Of a DNA stretch of 64,000 nucleotides, positions 10,201-25,209 are shown piece by piece. Positions within the stretch are counted from its first letter, which is position 1. Every line of letters starts with the position of its first letter. Under the pieces are notes generated by a model. That model worked only from the letters and a program-made list of their open reading frames with translations. It did not search any database and was not told the DNA's origin. The DNA lies in contig OZ316894.1 of the NCBI GenBank assembly GCA_973895155.1, positions 18,010,563-18,074,562 on the forward strand, given 5' to 3'. This DNA comes from Marsupella aquatica. Taxonomy: Eukaryota; Plantae; Marchantiophyta. The translations under genes were made by a program, and so were the position numbers.

Positions 10201-13200
10201 TGATGATCGAACCCCAAAACACTAAATGGACTTTAGTCGCGACATGGCCTATTTCTGTCAGAATACTCAGAACAGTCAGATGTTTCTCGCTTGGTCTCTC
10301 ACAATCTATCCTGGTACACCCAAAATAGAAGTTGAGGATCAGATGGAGATATTCCTTGTGGGGGAAATTCAATGATGTGAAAGTTGTTTCCCTGGCATCG
10401 TTTTCCTGGAAGCAATAATCCAGTTATCCAGTCTGCTGCAAGTTGCTGCTAATCTTCATTTCATGTTACGTTCCAAAGCCATAGTCATTCTTTCGCTTGG
10501 AGGAAATAACTGAGCTGATAACATAGTTCTGCTCGTATTCAGGTGTATTGTGCTCACTGGGAAGTGCACTTTTGTTCAAATATGGCGGCTTCAATGACCA
10601 CGGGTTCATCAGCCATTCCCTCTTTCCTCAATTTCCTTTGTCCAGCTGATAGAGTGGCAATCCATGCATCGATTTTTTGGCCACTTGTGAGCGCACTGTT
10701 GTAGAGATTAAGTCTATCACGCTAGTAGCCGTCATTTGTGTCAGGAGGTATGTATTGGTCAAAATTTCATTGGGTGGATCAGGCTTCATCCAATTACAGA
10801 AAATGATCCTTCTGGTACTTCACATCTTCAGATGTTTCGAAATTTAGTAATGGCAGTGGTTCTATGTAATTTGTCTAATGGTCAACCCAGAGCTAACCTC
10901 TCAATCTTGACGGAGTACTTTGTGGGTTGGGAACAGACTTGCCATGCTGGAGTCATGTCTGGTGGTCTTGTTTCCTTATTGCTCGTACATGATGGCAGAT
11001 GCCTTAGGATTGTCAGGAATCGTGGCAATCCTTTTTGCAGGAATTGTAAGTTTGCTGCTATGGTAGACATTTTCAATTATTTTCTCAGAAAGTATGCCCA
11101 AATTGAATAGGATACATATTTCGCAATATTTTAGGGCAATTCTTTCGTGAGTTTGGCTTGAACATGAAAATCTTTCTCCACTTAAACTGCAGTTGATAGC
11201 CTGAGATTTCTTGTTTTGGGTTTTGGTCAGAGGTTTGGGGCGCAATAGAATCCATTTCCTGATAATTGCTTTAAGTTGGCAACTACGAGCGTCCTGGCAT
11301 TCTCTGTCTGTCTGATCTCATCAAGGAGCAGGTGTGACATTCAGTTGATATTACCTACATTTGTGCCTGCAGACTATGAAACACTACACAGCTCCATTGA
11401 TGTCTTCTGCAGGGGTGACAATCACGACCAGCTTCTTTCAGATGCTTGCCAAGCTGTCAGAAACCTTTGTGTAAGTGATAGAACTTATGCAGATTTGTGT
11501 TCTAGTTTTCTTAGTGCAAGTGAACTGACCGAGCTGGTCATGTGCTTTATCGGTGACGGACAGGTTCATCTATATGGGTGTGGCTCTTTTTCTGACGAAA
11601 CAAAGCTGGGAGAACATTGGGTTTACCTTCTTCACAATTGTATCCTTCTTCATTTTTATTGTCTGCTTCTTACGTTTCGGGTCTCTTTTGATGGGCAATA
11701 CCACCGAGTTGCTCGTAGAGTATGTGAATCTGGTGATGTCTTTGCCTCCGAACAGATTTTTTATCATTTGCTTTATCTACTCAGTCGAATTGAATACCGG
11801 GTGGTCCACAGCGTCTCTTTATATCCAGCAGGGGTGCAATTATCCCATGAAAAAGTTATCAGGAGAGCTGGCAAAATGTAAATTTTATTAACAGAATTGT
11901 AGTGTAGTGATCCAGAATGATTTACTTGAATACTTGACTTACAGTTACAGCTTGACCTTTATCGGGGGGATTGTCTCCTTGACCTAAGGCTGACATGTGA
12001 TTTGTGCTTCGGATGCACCAGTTCAGCATCCTAGTTGCAAGGTATCTCCTTGTAAACATCAATATTCGCATTTCATGCTGAACACGAACTACTCCAGCAT
12101 TCTCGAAAGCTCTTTAAACACGTGCATTGCTCTCAAGTCTTCGCACTCAAAGTAAATTAACTAGAAGCTTCACAACTTATTGCAGACTTGGGAACGTGTA
12201 TCCCTGTGCAATGATTGTAAACTACTATCGGCCAGAGCGTCGACACATTCCAACTAATCAGCAGCATGCATTGTGGTTTAGTGGTGAGCTGTGACCGAAC
12301 CTTAGCATTATGGGTGCTCCTTATTTGCATCATTACTGGAATCATTTCGTTGGTACAAGCCACCTGCAGTAACTCTGATTATCATACAGGATTACGAGGA
12401 GCCATGGCGTTTGCACTGGCACTTCAATCAGTGACGGACCTTCCTAACAACCATGGACGAGTGCTGCTTACTTCAACCCTCTTCACTATTTTTTTCACGG
12501 TTAGACAAACTACCTATATGGAGCCTATTGGAACTATGTTACTTCAATCATCTTCACGAAAACAACAACGAAAAAACAATTCAATGATCAGCAAACTTAA
12601 CCCTAGCTCAAACTTTTGACGCCGTTCAAAAGATGGCAGATATCTCAGGAATTGTAAGCCTCCTCAATGAGGTTTATCCGTGTTAGGGTACTTGCGTCTG
12701 CTTTGATTTTTTCCCTCTAAATAAGCTTGCTAACAGTGTATTTTTTCGAAACCATTGCATCTCCAACGATCAGGTTTTGCTGATTGGAGGTTCGACTCCG
12801 TTTTGCCTCCAGTACTTACAGATCAAGTGTCTTGGACCCTCAGGCCACGGGTCCCCTGAGGTACCTCAGGTATCGAGGGAATTTCTCACTCTTACCACCT
12901 TCAATTGTAAAAACTTCCTGAACATTCAGTTGTTTTGTGACCACTTATATGAAAGTTACGATAAGAACAAAATCAATCATGCCTAATTTTGATGCTCTGT
13001 GGATATTTCAAAGGTACAACAAATTGAAATGGAAACCAATGTGGAGACGGTAAACTTTTCAACCCAAATACGGCACCTTTGCCATTTTAATCCTGAAGTT
13101 GATTTATGCTCATATGACAATGCAACAGGAGAACGTCTTATAATGAGCACGACTTTTAACAAACTTTCCTGTTCGATTGAAGAAACTGACCTCACGCAGA

Positions 13201-14534
13201 AAGATATCAGAGCCTCGAGAATCCTACTTTCTTTATCCTGACACAGTACTTTGTAACAGAAATACGTAGATGAGGCCGATGTGGATCCTGAAAATCCTAA
13301 ACTTAACGTCTTGGAGAGGCAAAAGGCAAAATTACAGAGGAAGCTTCGACAACTCAAACAAGAGTGAGAATAATATTTGAGACATATACGCAAAGAAAGA
13401 TCAAGAAGCTTACTCGTCCTTTAAAATCAATTGCTGAATGTGTTTCTGGTTTTCTACGAAATGTCTCTATCGGCGTGTATCTCAGTTTTCTGATGAGCAT
13501 CCTCAAGGGTTCATTGCATCATTTTCTGCATATTACAAGAAGCAATCTCCTTTTGTGCAACTAATTTCTCAGAAACTGTGTTTATAAAATATCAGTGAAC
13601 ATGATTGTTACCACTCCTGAGATCTTCTCATGCTTACATGAAGCCATGAACCCAAACTTTGTTAAGGCCAATGACATCAGAATATATCCTACTTGCTTGA
13701 GTTAACCTGAGGTAGACGTGATGCAGTCTGATGCCTAGCAGCAACAAGACGGCTGTAGTGTTAAATCTCAAGTGCAGCCTTTCCCTTGCAAAGGTTCCAC
13801 CGAGTCTGATATTGGGAATGAACTTTCAGGACTACATTTGCAAATCTTGATCAAAAGTACTTGAAGCCCTTTTTTGCATCACCTGCTGGTGAGACGAGTG
13901 GGGAGAATTCACAGACGGGAAGCCCACATCCCGTTAGTCCTACCGGTATAACAAACACAAGCTATGTCAGTATTGAATATTATAAAGAAAAACATTCGTA
14001 TCTTTCTTCAAGGTTCTGATTAGAGCAACATTGTTCATTTCTTCTTGGATGTCGCAAATTTGAAATGCTCATCCTTTCAAACGCACATGAAGCAATCTCT
14101 GAACAGGGACCATGGTTAACACAATTCAAACGCATATGAAGCAATCTCTGTAAAGGGACCATGGGTAACAAATTCAATTGCATACTACAGGAGATTCAGT
14201 TCCTCGACTTCCAGCACTTCGGCGGAGTCTGGTTGTGGATGCCTTCAAAGCTAGAAGTGACGACTTTAACAATGTCAGTGAGACAGCGTCAGCAGGGGCA
14301 AAGTTTGCACCACCCGGGTATGAATCAGTGCAGAATGTTGATACATGGTCGCAACCAGAAGAGGCTTGGCCCCGTCAAGGAGGAAAGCAAGTATCAAGAC
14401 AATCGCCCAGTCTAGCAAGTAGCGGACCTCAGTCAGCATCGTCGCAAGATTGGGCTGCCGGAGACTGGCGTAAATCAGGAACGCAATGGGGATTGGGACC
14501 AGCAAGTAAGGCTAATAAACAAAGACCGGTTTAA
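7214..14534 (+). CDS. NHX: Na+(K+)/H+ antiporter, endosomal NHX5/NHX6-like, ~20 exons
   Basis: Spliced exons give [112 protein letters not shown] and [16 protein letters not shown] 7214; stop 14532-14534. Confidence 0.93.
8136..8307 (+). other. U12-type AT-AC intron in NHX
   Basis: Donor ATATCCTTT at 8136; branch-like TTCACTTAAC at 8285-8294; AC at 8306-8307. Splicing restores [14 protein letters not shown] through a 25-nt exon (8308-8332). Confidence 0.88.
11640..12021 (+). other. U12-type GT-AG intron in NHX
   Basis: Donor GTATCCTTC at 11640; branch TCCTTGAC at 11976-11983; AG at 12020-12021, followed by a 20-nt exon FSILVAR that matches the NHX5/6 exon size. Confidence 0.75.
14075..14176. 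repeat. 48-bp tandem duplication at the 3' end of the last NHX intron
   Basis: TTCAAACGCA(C/T)ATGAAGCAATCTCTG...AGGGACCATGG.TAACA.AA twice. Confidence 0.8.
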
Positions 14535-15342
14535 AGGGAGGTTCCCATTTCAACTTTTTCTTTTTCTCTTGCATAGGGCCCACTCTCAGCTTCTTGTAAG
14601 GTTATAGTTACTCAGCTGTATCTTATATCCAACGCCCCTAGGCCTGTAAACTTTGGGTTGAAACGTCCCAGCTAATTAGTCGGATACACCGACATCTTTC
14701 TGCGGAAATACCCAATAATGTATGCTTGCTGACTAAGTGCATTAACACCTTACAGCAGCATTTATTGACTTCGGGGTAAGTCAAGTATTTTCAGAATTGA
14801 ATGGGCGCTTAGTGTGACTGGGACAGGTTTGACACTCTCTATTGTGAGAACAACTCCAGAATTCAATAAATAAACCGAACTTTTGACACATATCCTCGAG
14901 GACAAGTAATTTCAACAAAGGACTTCACAACGAAGTATGATTTCCATGTGACGACTTATAGCCCCAGAACATATATGTTTCTGCCATGTCACGGCATCTG
15001 AGTAGTCATTCACCAATGGGCTGAAGTATTATTCAATATTTTATTTTTTCGTTACATGTTTCTTAATCAATGCTGAGAGTACCAATTGTGCAGCAACCTA
15101 TAACTTTGACGTATGCCAGGAGAATGGTCTAATCAACCTTAACTACTTTTACGAACTTTAAAGTCTGCAAGGAGAATGGTCTAATCAACCTAATTACTTT
15201 TCCAGTTCGTAAGGCAAGACCTTGGAAATTTCTGGAACCTGTGGTCGAGATCTAGATCCATGGTATTTGACATAGTCTAAAATATTCTAATCACAATTTC
15301 CCTGGAGCCTTCCTTACTGCTCCCTACGAAAGAGTATTCAGT

Positions 15343-19127
<3,785 letters not shown>

Positions 19128-20800
19128 GATTCCTGAATGTCTGCAATGTAAAAGTGAGTTGGACACTGAGGAAAATAGGAATGCAACAAACCTACCCTGA
19201 GGTGAGGATACTACATTCCACTAAATTCGACGTGCATTCAAAATTTGCATCTCTGATTGCTACAAGTAGAGAAGTCAGAGAGTGAGGCAGCGAGAAAGCC
19301 AGTGGACAATGGAGGAGTGAATGGAGTGAACACAGAAGTAAAGAGCAATAATTGACCTCGTCCCTCAATGGGGATGATTGGTCTGCAGAAAATTCAATAA
19401 ACATTCTACTGCATCGACGAGCTGACAGACAGACGGACACAATGTGTAGCTTTACGTGTACAATAGAAGCGTACTGACTTGACTACCTCACGACAAATGC
19501 GATGTACCTGTTGATACGGAGAAAGAACAATGCAGGTACAACAAATAATGTGAAAGGCACGAGAGCGAATCAGACTGCAGACAAGCCTTCCTGATCTAGG
19601 GCACACATCAAGCTCCGCAATCGTGCAGTAGAGGAACACGAAAATGCTGGCTGGTCAGGACACATCAGGTCATCAAGGGCAAGCAAGGTGAAGCAGAGGG
19701 AGAGGGGATCCAGTACTGTTTTGCCCAGATCCATGACAGAAAGAAGAGACCTGGACAACAACTCATCAACAGTGACCCACCTGCTTGCTGTTGCGGATGC
19801 AAATGCAGAGGCAGCATGCGATTTGAGGGAGGAAGGAGGAGAGACTGTCCACTGCTCATTCCTTCATTACCAGTCCACAGAAGAAGACCACTGAAATTGC
19901 TATAGTGGTCCTGCGGAGAAACAGTCCACTCAAGTCGAGTCTTGCATTCTTCAACCACCTGCTTGTTTTGCTTGCTGCAAGCTCATGTCAACTACTGTAG
20001 CTCCGACTGATTCTCATCAGAGACACATTTTGTTCGCATGCATTTCCGGAACAGTGGAAGACGACAGACATGGCAAAAAGAGTGAATGATTCTTCGCTTT
20101 TCGGTAATTGGGTCTCAACACTGGAATCAAGACTTCAGCAGCAGCAGTATCACGAAATTGGTCTGAGCGAACCACCACCACGGTAGGTGGGCTGCGGGCT
20201 TGAGTTCCATGGGACCGGCACATCGTGCCCTCAGATCTCCGCCTATCGTGGGGGCGACTTTACTCTCTCGTTCCTTTTCCCTGTTTTTCTTTCCTTTCTT
20301 GAGAAAAGGAAACTGACGCCCCCATGCACCTAACCGGATGGGCTACAGAGAAGCAGTTTTTGAACTCAGATAGCACTTTTTTTGTCAATAATATGTTCTT
20401 TTCTGAGTAGTACTAACCTGGTCCATCTGGTTTCAAGGTTCATGGGAGTGGTCCATTTGAGCACTTCAAGTAAAGCACATGAAGAACTAGCCCACCAAAG
20501 CTGAGTGGTAACTCACTTGAGGGGAAACTTATAGGTATTGGGTTCAAATGGTACGATTGATTGTTCCCTTTTTGTGGGGTTTCATAGATTTCTCCTTTAA
20601 ATTTTAAGGCATATGAAGAACTACATTAGCATCCCACCCATATTCAATTTTTTCTTAGTTTTTATTGGAAAGAGATTACACAAAATAATGTTCAACAGTC
20701 ACTACCTTAGTGAGTGTCCAATGGGGAAGATAAAATAGTGCACTTTCTCTCGATTTCTTAAAAACACCATTGACTATTTTGGGTAGCCTAGATATACCAG

Positions 20801-21131
20801 TGTTGAATTATGATATCTTCCTTCACGACGATACTATCATGACTCATACCATGCTCACATAGTCAACACAATCCATACGTGGTTCACTTATTCTCCAAGG
20901 CAACGTCCACACGAACACTCAAACTTTACTTCAGAGTAGTTGAACACACAAGTTATCTCTCTTCCTCAAGTTGCTTCATTACAATGAGCAAGCACCACAT
21001 ACCAGCAGCTTACACTAGCACTGGTATATGCAAGGTCACACACGACTAACCTAATCTCAGCTAAGTCCCTAATTGAGGTTAATCTAATTGTCATAACCTT
21101 TGAGTCACAAGGCTAAGAGCAATACTTAACA
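20801..21131. mobile_element. Solo LTR (331 bp) of a copia-like retrotransposon
   Basis: Begins TGTTGA and ends TTAACA. Perfect 5-bp TSD ACCAG (20796-20800 and 21132-21136). Internal TACGTGGTTCAC...ACGTCCAC motif of the kind seen in copia LTRs. Confidence 0.8.
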
Positions 21132-21205
21132 ACCAGGTCCTCCTTAGGGGAGAGTGGCAGTTAAAATGTAACACCATACAAACATTGGGCAACTCACTAC
21201 TGTAG

Positions 21206-21550
21206 TGTTAGGCATTTACCCTTAGGTCTAGAGTACTTATTGTAGCCATAATATGTTGGCCTAATTGTAATTGCATACTTGATTATTGCATTGTGTTACA
21301 TCCTATGTACACAAGCACTACTTGCTTGTGAAGAAGGAATAGACTCATTGTTGGAATCACTCAAGAGAAAAAAAGAGCTTGTGTTGTGGAGACTTGGTAT
21401 GGCCAATGTGCTTAGAGTGCGGTAAAGTTTTTATGTGTTCCCATGGGCATAGTCTCATTGGAGGTGCATCACGTATGTTTTTGCATCGATTACTTGTTTG
21501 TTAGAATATCACATGTGCATGTTGTTGCGAGTTGTGTCTTTGCTCAATAA
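21206..21550. mobile_element. Degraded related LTR in opposite orientation
   Basis: Start TGTTAGGCATTTACCCTTAG resembles the reverse complement of the end of the 20801 LTR, and it contains GTGCATCACGTA (inverse motif). Right end and TSD not found. Confidence 0.4.
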
Positions 21551-22827
21551 CCAGAAGGGATAAAGCCAAGACCTTTTTAAGAACATTAGTGACAAATTTT
21601 GCTCACATGGTCCATGCGGTTATGATTTTAGGGATAGTGGTTGTTAACTGTAAGAGCACACAAAAAATGGGCAAATGAAGGAGGGACAAAACAAAGACTG
21701 CCAGAAGGTGCATGCCAACTACATCCACAAGTTGCCAAATTTAATTTAAAAACTGTGCAAGTTTACAAGTCTTTAAAAATACCCTTGAAGTCAAAATTAC
21801 AAAAGTACCCTTCTAGTGGAATCTTGGATGCATACAAATGTTGATAGAAGTACTCACTACAGCTGGATACATGAACTTTAACGTATCACAGTACTGTTGG
21901 ATTCTTGCGATGTCATGACATGGAAATACAATATATGAGGTTATATACATGGTAACCATGGTAACTAGCTCCCTCAGTTGAATGAGAACAAAGGCACTGG
22001 CATGAAGAGAATCCCAGATAGAATACTAGAGGACTCTACTGAAAATTGAACCTTCTCTTCGTGATCAGATGCATGTTTAGAGGTCATCTTTGACAAAAAT
22101 GTAAAACCTATTATGGAAGTAAATTTTAACAATTTGTTTCTGTTCATCAGGGTTTTGTGTGTCAACCAAGAATCTATCTAATAAAGCATGATCAAAAGCT
22201 AGAATAATGGTCTACCGTGAGTCTAGAGTGAATCCTTTGGCGTGTGACTCTGGGGCACAACTGCATCCGAACATAGGTGCTCGCCATCTATTTGCTAGCA
22301 AAGGTCCAGAGCATTCAGACCAGTCATATCAAAATTTGTGTCCATTTGAGCCTTCACTTCTTGGAATGATGTGGAATGTAAGTGTTCCCTAACCACCACC
22401 CTTGGCCATTCAGGGTAAGCAAAACTCCATTGCTATGCCATTTGCACTCATTGCACACTACACAGCACCATAGGTCACATCCTAGGTCTCACTAAGCTGC
22501 TGGATTCATACGAGTTGGGTGATCAAAAGTAAGCTATGGTCTGTTGAAGACCTTTCTATTAGAATTTTTTGTAACAAAGCATTATGTGTCCTTATTGCCC
22601 ATGCGGTTCAGGAATACTAGCCTGTTTACTTGTCAGTTGAGCATGAATAGAGATGACGAGAAAAGAACTTTGCCAAAAAAAGGATTCTATTCATCTTTGC
22701 CCTGCCCCTTTTTTATGTCTGCATCATCACTTTCAATTATGCTCTCAGGCAAAGTCACCGCCTAGATGTTTCACTCTAGGCACTAGGCCCAGGGAGTAGC
22801 GGTTGATTGTGCCTTTTTTGTCAGATT

Positions 22828-23078
22828 ATGAAAATATTTGTAGAGGTTACCAAATAACATGAAATACTTGAAATTTACAAAAATCACCCCTTTTGCCTTC
22901 AAAGCAAGGGATCTATCTATTGGGGAATTCTTTGCATTCAGCTTCAATGAGCATGAAAATATTTGTAGAGGTTACCAAAATAACATGAAATACTTGAAAT
23001 TTACAAAAATCACCCCTTTTGCCTTCAAAGCAAGGGATCTATCTATTGGGGAATTCTTTGCATTCAGCTTCAATGAGC
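22828..23078. repeat. Near-perfect ~125-bp tandem duplication
   Basis: ATGAAAATATTTGTAGAGGTTACC...TTCAGCTTCAATGAGC twice, differing by one extra A. Confidence 0.92.
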
Positions 23079-24706
23079 CTGAACCTTGACTCATATTAGA
23101 GCCTTCTTGCATGTGAGAGTTTTCCAATTTCTGACCCTTAATTTAAGTGATCAGGTGGCACCTTTGAATGAGCAAGTTTCCTGCCTCACCCCCCTCCTGC
23201 CAGTACTCACTGCTATACTTGTGGAGTTTCAAGGGCAAACGACAGAAACTCCCCTTGAAACTCCCTAGCCCTTGAGGTCCAGTCCTTTGAAACTAGATAA
23301 AACAGACAACAGAGACAAGAAATGACAAAAGACCAGAGAGACTCTACAATTCACACATAACACCTGAGAAGAGAATCTACATCCATCAATTTAGGAGTTC
23401 AAAGGGACAATTTTTGAAGACCTCACATGCAAGATAGCTCTTAAACATCGATGGAAGCAGTAACAGAATTTAATATTCTATTTAGTATCACCTTTGAGGG
23501 TCAATCAGGTTGAACAGTGAAATATTCACATCAATTGAAGCATTAACAGAATTTAAAATTCCATTTAATATCAAATTTCAAGATTCGTATTAATGTAATT
23601 CTATTTGAGAATCTTTTTGATTCAATTTTGTCACCACGAGAGATGATGTTGGTGATTTATTCTCATCCACGTTGTCATGGAGCGACTAAGGAACAATGGC
23701 ACACCTATTATTAGGAGAGGTGTTTTCATAAATATTAAAAATTGTACGGAGAATGGACAATTTGGTAAATTTCCCTTAAATTATGCATTTTTTGCCAAAA
23801 TGCAATAAAATTTTGGTGCTTTATTTTCATCCAAGTTGTCATGGACACCTATAATTGGGAGGGGGTATTTTCGTGATTTTTGCAACTCGTGCCTACAATT
23901 GGGCAATTTGGTATAATAATTTTCCCTTCCAATTATACAAACTGCAACGTGGCTATGAACCGAACCGCAGTACGATCCACACCCACCCGCCAACGACGGG
24001 TCAATGACCGAGGTAAAGTTGACCGGGCCACCAATCCCCTCCAGTAGTCCAGTCCAGAGCGAGACCCACCCACCTCGCGCAATACAGGAAGACGAACTCC
24101 TTTTCCCGACGACCAGACTCATATCGCCACTCGATATTCAGTCGATATTCATTCGCTACAGAGACTCACGGTCGACCGACGGTAGACTCGTACCGTAGTT
24201 CGTGGGTAGGCCCGTCCGTCCCCCTCCCTCCCGGGGCGACCAGGCCAGGCTGACGACGACGACGATGACGACGATGACGACTGACGCAGTCATGAAATGG
24301 ACGGTTTTCTTTTGCCCTGGGTTGGCGTCTTTCCGCCTCTTCTTTCCGGTGGGCAGGCGGTTGGTTAGACCTCTGCTCCGTCGAGCTGGTGGAGTGGTAC
24401 TACACTAGTCTACTGCTGTCTGTGCTGTGCGGGTTCTTTTGTCGTGGCTCACCTAATTCTGCCGACCGGATCTCGTTGGTGCCGCTCTTCCGTTCATTTC
24501 CATCATTCCATGAGAGCAGTGCGCGCTCGCCATTCGGCTTCATCATCAGCTTCCTCCGCTTCCTCTTCACACTTGTTGTTGTGGTGTGACGGAAATCGGT
24601 GCACGGGTGGTAATTCTCGTCTGTTCAAGTCTCGCAGCTTCTGTTTTGGTGCGTCTGATCGATCGATTGCTTGATTGAGTTCTGTTTCGTGTTCTGTGCA
24701 TGCGCG

Positions 24707-24782
24707 ACTGATTGATTGATTGATTAATTGATTACTTGATTGATTGATTGATTGGTTGAATAGTTGAATAGTTGACTGATTT
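24707..24782. repeat. (GATT)n-type microsatellite upstream of ACLA
   Basis: Imperfect GATT/TTGA run; a (GAC/GAT)n run also occurs at ~24252-24285. Confidence 0.85.
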
Positions 24783-25209
24783 GTGCTGCTTTGCGGCCCA
24801 GGAGGCACGCAAATGAAGCTTCTTAATGCCGACTAGAGAAAGTCGTTCTTGGCATTCCATCTTTGTCCGACGATTCTTTCGCTAGGTTGCGCTGCTCTGC
24901 TTTTCTCTGCTTCGCTGCACGGAGCTGAGATCGTCATTGTTTCGATCCAGCTCCGCGAAGTCTGTCTTGTTTTCCCCTTGAATCAGATCCTCTGCCGTGG
25001 CTGCCCGGATTTTGCATTCGTCGGCGCGTAGCATCGGTCTGGTCTCGTTTGACATCGCTTTCTTGTGACCTCTGCCTGCTTCTTGCCTGAAGTAATCCTG
25101 CCGTGCAGGCAGACAACGTGTAGTACTTGCTTCCAGCGCCGCTCATCTTCTGTTTGTCTTCTGCAGCAGCCTGACAGTAAGTGTTTTCAGCCGGTGCGAG
25201 TCAAGAAAA

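Noticed and set aside
11276-11881. 201-aa plus-strand ORF within NHX
   Set aside because: It runs through introns and out-of-frame exons of NHX and is not an independent gene.
19789-19809. miR1030-like sequence on the minus strand
   Set aside because: About four mismatches to the sequence as I recall it, low complexity, and no complementary hairpin arm seen.
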